Below are positions 14,981 through 22,815 of a DNA stretch of 31,507 bases, one piece after another. The notes below the pieces were generated by a model. That model saw nothing but the letters and a program-made list of their open reading frames with translations. It did no database searches and had not been told where the DNA came from. The position numbers were made by a program, and so were the translations under genes. Numbering within the stretch: the stretch's first letter is position 1; the number at the start of each line of letters is the position of its first letter. This DNA is from an uncultured Nitrososphaerota archaeon (lineage in GTDB: Archaea; Thermoproteota; CAYNNH01). The stretch covers positions 1 through 31,507 of the forward strand of contig CAYNNH010000006.1 of NCBI GenBank assembly GCA_964398605.1. The letters are read 5' to 3'.

Positions 14981-16462
14981 TTGGAATTTGTGTCTCTGGC
15001 GAAGATAAAATCGGAATTTGAGTCACTGGTTAAGGAATTGGAACTCGCCTATTACGAGAGCCTAGCGTTAGGAAGGCCTTCCCGAATTTCGGAATGCTAC
15101 TCGAGGCATTCGATCCTCTTCGAAGAGGAGACTTTAAGGCGAGTTTTAGTCTATCTCGACGAGAAGAGCGAGAATTTGAGGGATTGGAGGCTTCTTTCAA
15201 GGGAACTTGTTCTATTATACGCCGAGAATCAGGTCAAGGAATTCACCGATATCTCCCTGGATTTGGAGGCGAGCTCGAAGATATCGTTTGATGGGAAAAC
15301 GCTCGCGTATAGGATGTTAATCAAGTTCTTGAAAGAGGAAAAGGACCGCGAAACGAGGAAAAAAGCCATGGAGGCTTCGCTTAAAGTCGTGAGAAAACTC
15401 AACGAATTGCACGAGAAGTCTAGGAAGAAGAAAAAGGAAGTGTTCGAGGAGTTGGGCTTCTACGATATCGTTTCGGTTTGGGAAAAGTTAAGGTACTTCG
15501 AAAGACAGCGGATGAACGCCTTAGTAAGGAAATTTTTGAGAGAAACGGAGGACATTTACCGCGATCTCTGGGCGGAGTACTTGGAAAAGGCGGGTCTGGA
15601 TCCCAGCGATCCCCGGCTCTACGACGTGTACCGCGTTTTCAGGGCGGAGAAATACGATGAGGCGTTCCCCGCTAAGGAAATGTTGCCCAGGCTCGTCAGG
15701 GGAATTAGAGGTCTAGGCATCGACCTACTGTCTCTGCGAAATCTCACCTTGGATGTTGAGCCTAGAGAGAAAAAAGCTCCTAGGGCTTTTTGCGCTTCCC
15801 CAGATATCCCCAACGACGTGAGGGTTTCGGTCAAGCCCATGGGAGGGTTCGACGATTACTCGGCGCTCTTCCACGAAGTGGGGCACGCCCTACACTTCGC
15901 CTTCACGAGGGAAGTTGAGCCTGCTTTCAAGTACGCTGGCGATACGGCGGTCAGCGAGTGCTTCGCTTTCCTCATGGAGTTCCTCCTAGGGGAGGAGGAC
16001 TTCGTCCGGAATTGGTTCCCGAGGAGGGACTTATTGCGTGATTACCTCCGCTTCCACCTCTTTTACCAAAAGCTCTACTTCGTGCGGAGATACTGCGGCA
16101 AGTACTTGTTTGAGCTTGAGTACCACGGGAAAGGAGCCGATCCTTTGGATACGTTCGCTAAGTACTCCAGAGAAGCGTCTAGAGTGATCGTGGAAGGCTG
16201 GGAAAGGGAATTTTACCGAAGTTTCGACGAAGAATTTTACACAACACAGTATCTGAGGGCGTGGTTCGGAGAGGCGGCCCTCGTGAGATACCTCAAGGAG
16301 AACTACGGCGAGCGGTGGTGGACGAGGAAGGCGGCGGGGGATTTCTTGAAGGAACTGTGGAGCATGGGTCAGAAGTACACGTTAGACGAGATATTGGAGC
16401 GATTGGGGATCGGCCTCGATCCCAAATACCTTATAGAGGAGGTAAAACAACAACTAGGATGA
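14981..16462 (+). CDS. M3/oligoendopeptidase-F-like zinc metallopeptidase
   Basis: 493-aa ORF with the HExxH motif 'LFHEVGHALHF', followed about 25 aa later by 'DTAVSECFAFLME' (third-ligand Glu region as in the M3 family). The start is TTG and is uncertain. Confidence 0.78.
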   Translation: MEFVSLAKIKSEFESLVKELELAYYESLALGRPSRISECYSRHSILFEEETLRRVLVYLDEKSENLRDWRLLSRELVLLYAENQVKEFTDISLDLEASSKISFDGKTLAYRMLIKFLKEEKDRETRKKAMEASLKVVRKLNELHEKSRKKKKEVFEELGFYDIVSVWEKLRYFERQRMNALVRKFLRETEDIYRDLWAEYLEKAGLDPSDPRLYDVYRVFRAEKYDEAFPAKEMLPRLVRGIRGLGIDLLSLRNLTLDVEPREKKAPRAFCASPDIPNDVRVSVKPMGGFDDYSALFHEVGHALHFAFTREVEPAFKYAGDTAVSECFAFLMEFLLGEEDFVRNWFPRRDLLRDYLRFHLFYQKLYFVRRYCGKYLFELEYHGKGADPLDTFAKYSREASRVIVEGWEREFYRSFDEEFYTTQYLRAWFGEAALVRYLKENYGERWWTRKAAGDFLKELWSMGQKYTLDEILERLGIGLDPKYLIEEVKQQLG

Positions 16463-16872
16463 AGGTAATAGTCGTAGGACCCATCTCGGAGGGCGATAGA
16501 GAGCAAATAAAGACCGTTCAGGGCTGGATTAGGGAAGCGGGGTACGAGGTGATCGATCAGCTGGTGTTCTTCGACGTTGAAAAAGACGACTTCAGGGGCT
16601 CGACGAGAGAAGCGTCCCTCATCGTCCACCAGGATCTAGACCTCATCGACCAAGCGGATGTGCTCGTCGTCCTCGCCACCCGTCCCAGTTTTGGGGTGGG
16701 ATCCGAGATCATGCACGCCGTGCACAAGGGCAAGAAGATCATTGTCCTCGCCCCCGAGCCCTTAAGGAGCCCTTGGCCAGTGGGCTTATCGAACGTGCTC
16801 ATCTCGGAGCTTTCTAAGGAAAAGCTGATTTTCGAGCTGAAAAAAATAGAAGAGCTACTTAAATCGCCTTAG
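16459..16872 (+). CDS. Nucleoside 2-deoxyribosyltransferase / DNPH1(RCL)-like N-glycosidase family protein
   Basis: 137 aa from ATG 16459, which forms an ATGA overlap with the peptidase stop. 'MKVIVVGPIS' and 'ADVLVVLATRPSFGVGSEIMHAVHKGKKIIVL' match the family pattern (aDvvvaev..PS.GvG.E.g.A...gK.i..L). The ORF-track 5' extension to 16261 lies inside the peptidase gene. Confidence 0.72.
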   Translation: MKVIVVGPISEGDREQIKTVQGWIREAGYEVIDQLVFFDVEKDDFRGSTREASLIVHQDLDLIDQADVLVVLATRPSFGVGSEIMHAVHKGKKIIVLAPEPLRSPWPVGLSNVLISELSKEKLIFELKKIEELLKSP

Positions 16873-18873
16873 CCTGCCCCTTATTCCCACGATATAGGGC
16901 TTCTTCTTGCGGAAGTAGAGGAATAGGGCCACCGCTACTGCCGCCGCTATGGTTCCCACGACCACGGGTAGCCAGTTAAAGCCAGCGCCAGCAATTGGTT
17001 GTGCTCCACCTTCCTCCTCCGCTTCAGGAGGGGCGGGCATTGAAACGACTGCCGAGCCCACGTCGGTGGCGAAGTTGCCCGCTAAATCTATCGCCTTCAC
17101 CTCCACGGTGTGTTTGCCGACATCCAGCCCCTTGAACTCGTAGCTCGTGATGGATGCGTTCAGCTCAATCCACTCCCCTCCGTCGATGCGGATGGCATAG
17201 CCCCTGATGTCGGAAATGGTGTCGGAGGCCTTCCACACGACATACAAAGTGCCCTTCCCGCTCTCGATGCGGACGATGGATACTTCGGGCGGGGTTAAGT
17301 CCACCGTGAAGGAGACAGCATCGCTGGCTTCCTTGCCCAAGCGGTTCACCACCCTAACTTCGATTACGTGCCTGCCTTCGGGCACATCGGTAAACTTGTA
17401 GCTAGTCGCTGTCCCGACGTTGATCCACTCGCCACCGTCCATGCGCACCTCATAGTAGCTGGCAAGCGGGTCATCCGTCCAGCTCACGAGGACTTCCGAG
17501 GACGCCATGTAAATGCCCGCTTCAGGCGAAAGAATTCTTATTGATGGCTTAGGCGTGACTCCCGATGGAAAGACAAGCGGGAGGTAATCGTAGTAAGTCG
17601 CCCCGGTGAGCTCATCTTGAATTGCGTAGGGGGAATCGCCTATTCCGTCGCCGTCGATGTCCTGTCCTTCGTAATCGCTCCAGTAGTTCCCTCCGATCAA
17701 AGACCCACCAACGATATTCGACCCGCTACGGAGGGAGGAGTTCCAATCGTTCCTAATGGCATCTTCGACTTCCGCATTGGTGGCGCTCTCGAAGTAGTTG
17801 TTGTAGAAGATCGAGTCGTGCACCGACGATAGGGATAGGCCTATTTCGTTCGCCGTGAGGACGTTGCCAGTGAAGTTCACGTAAATGGCGTTTTCTATAG
17901 TGGCCCCCGTTTCGCTCGACGCGAAACCGTTCCAGGTCACGGTTAAGTTACTACATTGTTGACATACGAGGGACTTCGTGTTCGACTTGAGCGTATTGTT
18001 GGACAGAGTCGATTGATCCACATCGGTCAGCCAGATCCCCCAGCTATTCGCAGTGGCAAAGTTCGACTTAACCATCGCGAAGCTCACTTCCGAAAGGGAC
18101 ATGCCATAGGTATTCGATGAGACGTTATTCCTCAATACGCTAACGTTGTGGGTCGTTTTCACGGAAATGCCCGTCCCGCCATCAGTCGCTTTGTTCGCTT
18201 CTAGCGTAGCGTTGTGGCAGAACTCGACGAGAATGGCGTTACTGCACGAGAAAGCAACGCAGTTCGTTACTGTCATGTTGGCGCAGTAGCTCGCATGGAC
18301 GCCTTTCGTGCACAAACGGAAGGAGCAGCCGTCGACGGAAACGTCGGAGCACGAGTGCATGTAAAGACCGGCCATTTTATTCATGTAGAACCGCGTTAGG
18401 AAGAAGGTGATTTTCTCGCACCTATCCGCCTTGACCCCGTAATTATTCCACTGTAGCGAGCAAATCCCCACGTAGCAATCACGGCAATTGGTGAGCTGAA
18501 TAGCGATGTCCGTGTCTTCCACCAACGTGTTGAGAACGGCTCCGTGGCTCACGTTGTCGAAGATTATGCCGGGATGTTCGCCGTTCCCGTGGACGTAGCA
18601 GGCGTTAATTATGAAGTAGGCGCGCGTGTCCTCGACCCATATGGCGGGCCCGGAAGTGGCGAGTATCTCGAAGCCTTCGATGACGTAGGGGTGGGTTATG
18701 TTGCCGTAGCCCTTTACGGAACCGGGGTACGTCTGATTGAGCTGTACGAAGCCGCTATCCCCGACTATGTGGATAGGGGAAAGGGCGGTGTAAGCGCTGG
18801 ATGTCGGAATCGTGGGAAGTAGGGGCAGGAGTAGGGCGATTATCGCTATTATAAGCATCTTTTGTCGCGACAT
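16855..18873 (-). CDS. Cell-surface protein: signal peptide, right-handed parallel beta-helix (PbH1/NosD-like) region, two Ig/Fn3-like modules, C-terminal TM anchor
   Basis: The N-terminal 'MLIIAIIALLLPLLPTIPTSSAYTA' looks like a signal sequence. It is followed by many Cys/Asn-rich about 22-aa turns typical of beta-helix repeats. Two 85-aa modules share '...R(M/I)DGGEWI...TSY(K/E)F....G(R/K)H.(I/V)EV'. The C-terminus is 'LPVVVGTIAAAVAVALFLYFRKKK'. I count about 12 N-x-S/T sequons. Confidence 0.85.
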   Translation of the reverse strand: MSRQKMLIIAIIALLLPLLPTIPTSSAYTALSPIHIVGDSGFVQLNQTYPGSVKGYGNITHPYVIEGFEILATSGPAIWVEDTRAYFIINACYVHGNGEHPGIIFDNVSHGAVLNTLVEDTDIAIQLTNCRDCYVGICSLQWNNYGVKADRCEKITFFLTRFYMNKMAGLYMHSCSDVSVDGCSFRLCTKGVHASYCANMTVTNCVAFSCSNAILVEFCHNATLEANKATDGGTGISVKTTHNVSVLRNNVSSNTYGMSLSEVSFAMVKSNFATANSWGIWLTDVDQSTLSNNTLKSNTKSLVCQQCSNLTVTWNGFASSETGATIENAIYVNFTGNVLTANEIGLSLSSVHDSIFYNNYFESATNAEVEDAIRNDWNSSLRSGSNIVGGSLIGGNYWSDYEGQDIDGDGIGDSPYAIQDELTGATYYDYLPLVFPSGVTPKPSIRILSPEAGIYMASSEVLVSWTDDPLASYYEVRMDGGEWINVGTATSYKFTDVPEGRHVIEVRVVNRLGKEASDAVSFTVDLTPPEVSIVRIESGKGTLYVVWKASDTISDIRGYAIRIDGGEWIELNASITSYEFKGLDVGKHTVEVKAIDLAGNFATDVGSAVVSMPAPPEAEEEGGAQPIAGAGFNWLPVVVGTIAAAVAVALFLYFRKKKPYIVGIRGRLRRFK
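17038..17547 (-). repeat. Two tandem 85-aa Ig/Fn3-like modules inside the beta-helix surface protein (protein-level repeat)
   Basis: Module 1 (17293-17547) is 'PSIRILSPEAG...YYEVRMDGGEWINVGTATSYKFTDVPEGRHVIEVRVVNRLGKEA...'. Module 2 (17038-17292) is 'PPEVSIVRIESG...GYAIRIDGGEWIELNASITSYEFKGLDVGKHTVEVKAIDLAGNFA...'. Confidence 0.65.
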
Positions 18874-18892
18874 TCATGATTATTCCCTCCGA

Positions 18893-19585
18893 TTATATGT
18901 TAACTACTCTACAGACTTTCACGTAATTCTCCATGAGCTTCTTGATTTCGAAGAGGAATGAAACGGGATACGGTGACATACGCTTTGCTTCCTCAGAAAG
19001 GACCTTTCGGTTCGAGAACTGTTCCAGAGTGAAGAACTCCGCCCCTCGGATGAGTTCGCCTATTCTCTTGAAATCCTCCAGCGTGAGTGCGGGGTAAACC
19101 GTGGTTCGGAATTCGTAGTCGATGTCCGAGTTCATCACGATGTCTATGCTCCGCACGATGCGGCTTATGTCCACCGGAACCTTCACGATCTCGGAGTATT
19201 TCTCCAAGGGCGCCTTCACGTCCATCGCCACGTAATCCACGAGGCCTTTCTCGATCATGCGCTCGAGAACGTCCGGGAAGTATCCGTTCGTGTCGAGCTT
19301 CACCTTGAAGCCCATGCTCTTCACTCTCTCCGCGAACTCGACGATCCCTTTCTGGAAAGTTGGCTCACCCCCGCATAGGACGACTCCGTCGAGCTTCCCT
19401 ACGCGTTTGCGCAAGAACGCGAAGAATTCCTCCTCAGAAAGGGCGGGCCTTATTAGTTCGGGAAGGACGAGCTCGGGGTTTTGGCAATAAACGCACCTAA
19501 AGTTACAACCCGCGAAGAAGACGACGCAAGAAACGTGACCCGGATAGTCTATGAGGCTGACTTTTTGCAGGCCGCCTATGATCAT
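18893..19585 (-). CDS. nrdG: Anaerobic ribonucleoside-triphosphate reductase activating protein (radical SAM)
   Basis: Contains 'FFAGCNFRCVYCQNP' (the CxxxCxxC radical-SAM cluster motif) and 'GVVLCGGEPT'. It overlaps the nrdD stop by 4 nt. Confidence 0.9.
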   Translation of the reverse strand: MIIGGLQKVSLIDYPGHVSCVVFFAGCNFRCVYCQNPELVLPELIRPALSEEEFFAFLRKRVGKLDGVVLCGGEPTFQKGIVEFAERVKSMGFKVKLDTNGYFPDVLERMIEKGLVDYVAMDVKAPLEKYSEIVKVPVDISRIVRSIDIVMNSDIDYEFRTTVYPALTLEDFKRIGELIRGAEFFTLEQFSNRKVLSEEAKRMSPYPVSFLFEIKKLMENYVKVCRVVNI

Positions 19586-21762
19586 CGGGCGATAGGAGTT
19601 GCGGCCATATGTAAGGCCTTGTCGAATTTCTTACGGAGCTTGAATTCCGCTTGCTTCCCGTCGTTCCACTGGCTCACGGGCCTCAAGTAACCGACGACCC
19701 TCGAGTAGACTTCGCACGGGACTTTGCCATCGACGACGCGCACGCTCATGGATGCGAGGCGGTCTAGTTGGTCGGGGGTGTGGTTGTAAGGACAGAATTC
19801 GTGTTCGCCCGGTATGTAACCGTGAATGGGACAAATGCTGAAAGTGGGGGTGAAGCTCACGTACGGTATGTGATAATTGGCGACTATCTTCCTCAACAAT
19901 GATTTCAGGGCGGAAGGATCCGGCTTCTCGCCGAGCCATATGTGGACGACCGTTCCTCCCGTGTAGCGAGTTTGGAGGCTGTCCTGGTGGTCGAGCAACT
20001 CGAACAAGTCGTCGGTATAGTCCACGGGCAACCACGTCGAGTTCGTGTAGAAGGGAGCGGCCCCCGATTCTCTCACCTGTTTCTCGTTCGCGACTATGAT
20101 GTCGGGGTACCGCTTCTTGTCGAGCATGGCCAGCCTATAACTCGTCCCTTCAGCAGGGGTCGCCTCTAGGTTGTACATGTTCCCCGTTTCCTCTTGGAAC
20201 TCTACCAGAACGGAACGCATATAGTCGAGGACTCGCTCTGCAAATTTCTTGCCGTCGGGGTGCCAGATACCGTAGCCGAACATGTTAAGCAGGGCTTCGT
20301 TCATCCCTATAATGCCTATGGTGGAGAAGTGGTTCTTCCAGTACTCGCCAAAAGTCTTCTTCACGTTGCGCAAGTAAAAACGGGAGTACGGGTACAGGCC
20401 TTGCTCGGTGAACCTTTCGATGACCTTGCGCTTGATTTCCAAGCTGTTTTTGGCGAGGACCATGAGGTGGTAAAGCCTTTCGAAGAATTGCTCTTCGTCC
20501 TTGCTGAGGTAGCCTATGCGGGGAAGGTTGATGGTGACGACGCCTATGCTACCGGTCAGCGGGTAGGATCCAAAGAGACCTCCTCCCCTGCGCTTCAGTT
20601 CGCGAGTATCCAAGCGTAGGCGGCAACACATGCTCCTCACGTCTTCGGGCCGCATGTCGCTGTTCACGAAGTTGGCGAAGTAAGGTATGCCGTACTTAGC
20701 GGTCATCTCCATGACGAGATCGAAAACGGGGTTGTCCCAGTCGAATTCCTTCGTGATGTTGTACGTGGGTATGGGGAACGTGAAAACGCGTCCATCGGCG
20801 TCTCCCTCCATCATGACTTCGCAGAAAGCTTGGTTGATCATGTCGGCCTCGTCTTGGAACTCCCCGTAAGTGTCCTCGGTGACCCTCCCGCCGTGTATCA
20901 CATTCATGTTCTCCATGAACTTCGGTATGGTGATGTCAACCGTTATGTTCGTGAAGGGGGTCTGAAAGCCTACGCGAGTCGGAACGTTCATGTTGTAGAG
21001 GAAGCGCTCGATCTCTTGCTTTACCTCCTCGTAGCTCAAGTGATCGTACCGCACGTAGGGGGCGAGGAGGGTGTCCACGTTACTCAGGGCTTGAGCGCCA
21101 GCTGCTTCGCCTTGTAAGGTGTACATAAAGTTCACTATCTGCCCTAAAGCGGTGCCGAAATGCTTGGCGGGCCTCGACCTTATCTTCCCGGGAACCCCGC
21201 CGAAGCCGTGCAAGAGCAAGTCCTGCAAGTCCCAACCCACACAGTAGGGGCCCAATATGCCCAAGTCGTGGATGTGGAAGTCCCCGCTGAGGTGAGCGCG
21301 CCTTATTTCGGGCGGGTAGATCTTCATGAGCCAATAGCGCGAGATGACTTTCGTCGTGACGTGCACGTTCAACCCTTGCAAGGAAAAAGCCATGTTGCTG
21401 TTCTCCCGAACCATCCAGTCCTCGCCGCTGAGGTATCCCTCGACGATTCCCATGTCGCGGAAGAGCTTCTCAATTTCCCGCAACTCGGCGTGCTGTTCGC
21501 GGTAGAGGATGTAGGCGCGGGCGACCTTCGTCAGGCCGCTCTTCATGAGGACTTCTTCGACGATGTCTTGGATGTCTTCCACCGAAGGGATGCGATCCCT
21601 GAACCTCCTGTTCAATATCCGGACGACGCGGTTCGCCAAAGTCTTCGCTAATCCCTCGCTTCCTTCTCCAACCGCCTGCATTGCCTTGAATATCGCTTTC
21701 TCTATCTTCTCTGGCCTAAATTCGACGATGGAACCATCTCGCTTTCGAACCTTATCAACCAT
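19582..21762 (-). CDS. nrdD: Anaerobic (class III) ribonucleoside-triphosphate reductase
   Basis: The N-terminal ATP-cone 'MVDKVRKRDGSIVEFRPEKIEKAIFKA', a large glycyl-radical-enzyme barrel, and the C-terminal 'EVYSRVVGYLRPVSQWNDGKQAEF' glycyl-radical motif are all present. The ORF-track TTG 21843 would add 27 non-conserved residues. ATG 21762 matches the start of the ATP-cone. Confidence 0.92.
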   Translation of the reverse strand: MVDKVRKRDGSIVEFRPEKIEKAIFKAMQAVGEGSEGLAKTLANRVVRILNRRFRDRIPSVEDIQDIVEEVLMKSGLTKVARAYILYREQHAELREIEKLFRDMGIVEGYLSGEDWMVRENSNMAFSLQGLNVHVTTKVISRYWLMKIYPPEIRRAHLSGDFHIHDLGILGPYCVGWDLQDLLLHGFGGVPGKIRSRPAKHFGTALGQIVNFMYTLQGEAAGAQALSNVDTLLAPYVRYDHLSYEEVKQEIERFLYNMNVPTRVGFQTPFTNITVDITIPKFMENMNVIHGGRVTEDTYGEFQDEADMINQAFCEVMMEGDADGRVFTFPIPTYNITKEFDWDNPVFDLVMEMTAKYGIPYFANFVNSDMRPEDVRSMCCRLRLDTRELKRRGGGLFGSYPLTGSIGVVTINLPRIGYLSKDEEQFFERLYHLMVLAKNSLEIKRKVIERFTEQGLYPYSRFYLRNVKKTFGEYWKNHFSTIGIIGMNEALLNMFGYGIWHPDGKKFAERVLDYMRSVLVEFQEETGNMYNLEATPAEGTSYRLAMLDKKRYPDIIVANEKQVRESGAAPFYTNSTWLPVDYTDDLFELLDHQDSLQTRYTGGTVVHIWLGEKPDPSALKSLLRKIVANYHIPYVSFTPTFSICPIHGYIPGEHEFCPYNHTPDQLDRLASMSVRVVDGKVPCEVYSRVVGYLRPVSQWNDGKQAEFKLRKKFDKALHMAATPIAR

Positions 21763-21813
21763 GGTGCTATACGAAGTAGGGGATCGTCGCCTAAAAAGAT
21801 TCTTCGACCATAA

Positions 21814-21829
21814 GTTCAAAATTTTGAAC
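21814..21829. promoter_or_regulatory. Perfect 16-bp palindrome GTTCAAAATTTTGAAC in the nrdD upstream/leader region (candidate operator)
   Basis: The sequence is self-complementary over all 16 nt. It lies 52 nt upstream of the nrdD ATG (21762), between two TATA-like elements (21882-21889 and 21792-21797, minus strand). Confidence 0.35.
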
Positions 21830-21881
21830 CGAATCTCCCCCAACTAGTCGCCCATGGAGAATGGGGAGTTCGCTTCCGCAC

Positions 21882-21889
21882 TATATAAA
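21882..21889 (-). promoter_or_regulatory. TATA box candidate (TTTATATA on the minus strand) upstream of nrdD
   Basis: The reverse complement of 21882-21889 is TTTATATA, an exact archaeal TATA consensus-like octamer. It sits downstream of tRNA-Ala and about 120 nt upstream of the nrdD ATG. A second, weaker element (TTTTTA, 21792-21797) lies about 33 nt upstream of the ATG. Confidence 0.4.
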
Positions 21890-21965
21890 GCCCACCACTG
21901 CATGATGACAAGAAGTTATCAATTCTGGGGGACGTTGTGCTCGTTTGTTATAAGAAAATAGCAAG

Positions 21966-22037
21966 TGGACCGGGCGGGATTCGAACCCGCGACCTCCGCC
22001 GTGCGAGGGCGGCGCTCTCCCGCTGAGCTACCGGCCC
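21966..22037 (-). tRNA. tRNA-Ala (anticodon CGC), 72 nt, CCA not encoded
   Basis: Cloverleaf: GGGCCGG-TA-GCTC-AGCGGGA-GAGC-G-CCGCC-CTCGCAC-GGCGG-AGGTC-GCGGG-TTCGAAT-CCCGC-CCGGTCC-A. The G3:U70 alanine identity pair is present. Confidence 0.93.
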
Positions 22038-22067
22038 TCATTAAATTGCACGATTTCGATAAAAAAG

Positions 22068-22778
22068 TTAGGAAGGAAGCTTACGGCTTATCCAACGCTT
22101 TCTAAGCCATAATGCGATGACTAAGGCAACGACCGTAGCGATTGACCCGATTATGATCCACTCAACGGCTTTTATTCCGAATTGATCCTTAAAAGGCGCC
22201 CAATCGCTTCCGAAAACGCCCACTATCGCTACGTTCGTTTCAACGAGCTCCAAAGTCGCTGTCGCGGAAATGTTCAGAACTGAGGACGTATATTTCCCTT
22301 TCAACAGGACGCCAGAAACCTTGCTGTAGTAATGGATCATCGTGAGGGTCATGTTGAACCCTCCCACGTTGACTTCGTGCTCTCCCCGGTACTCGTAGGC
22401 GATCACGCTCTTCCCCATCACCGTCACGGACGTTTCCCTCGACAAGGAAAGGCTCATGTTGCCTGCCCAGCCTTCGGCGAGGATTTCTTCAGGAGGGGGG
22501 AGGGGAATCCAGTAAGCGTCGGGAACTTTCATCCCCTCCGCAATTAGCCATCGCTCGCCTTTCTTCTCGTAATAAGTCCTCGTTTCCCGGAAGCGTACTT
22601 CCACCGAGAAGTGGGTCGCGTTGTGGTCGTGGTAAATAACCACGCACGTTTCTTTCCCAGATGGGGTGTCTTCCACGTACTTCAGCATCATCCCGTCGAA
22701 GGGTACTGCAGTTTGGAAGAACGGGGTCAGCAACACGACCGACACGAGCAACGCGACGAGCGTTATTCTGGGCGACAT
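22068..22778 (-). CDS. Hypothetical type-I membrane protein (N-terminal signal/anchor, beta-rich ectodomain, C-terminal TM helix)
   Basis: 236 aa from ATG 22778, beginning 'MSPRITLVALLVSVVLLTPFF'. The C-terminus is 'WIIIGSIATVVALVIALWLRKRW'. The ORF-track 5' extension to 22940 overlaps the divergent methyltransferase gene. I recognise no family. Confidence 0.6.
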   Translation of the reverse strand: MSPRITLVALLVSVVLLTPFFQTAVPFDGMMLKYVEDTPSGKETCVVIYHDHNATHFSVEVRFRETRTYYEKKGERWLIAEGMKVPDAYWIPLPPPEEILAEGWAGNMSLSLSRETSVTVMGKSVIAYEYRGEHEVNVGGFNMTLTMIHYYSKVSGVLLKGKYTSSVLNISATATLELVETNVAIVGVFGSDWAPFKDQFGIKAVEWIIIGSIATVVALVIALWLRKRWISRKLPS

Positions 22779-22815
22779 CTCAAATTTAGCACCAGCTATT
22801 AGAAACCGTTCGTAG

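Noticed and set aside
16261-16458. Long 5' extensions of ORF-track entries: 16261-16458, 23487-23741, 22779-22940 and 21763-21843
   Set aside because: The first two extensions lie inside the preceding gene in another frame. The third overlaps a divergent gene. The fourth is a non-conserved TTG-initiated leader. Domain-consistent internal starts (ATGA/TTGA coupling, the ATP-cone start) explain the genes better.
21902-21908. C-box-like ATGATGA in the tRNA-Ala/nrdD spacer, raising the possibility of a C/D box sRNA
   Set aside because: There is no matching D box (CUGA) at the right distance, only CTGG. There are no C'/D' boxes and no terminal stem on either strand.
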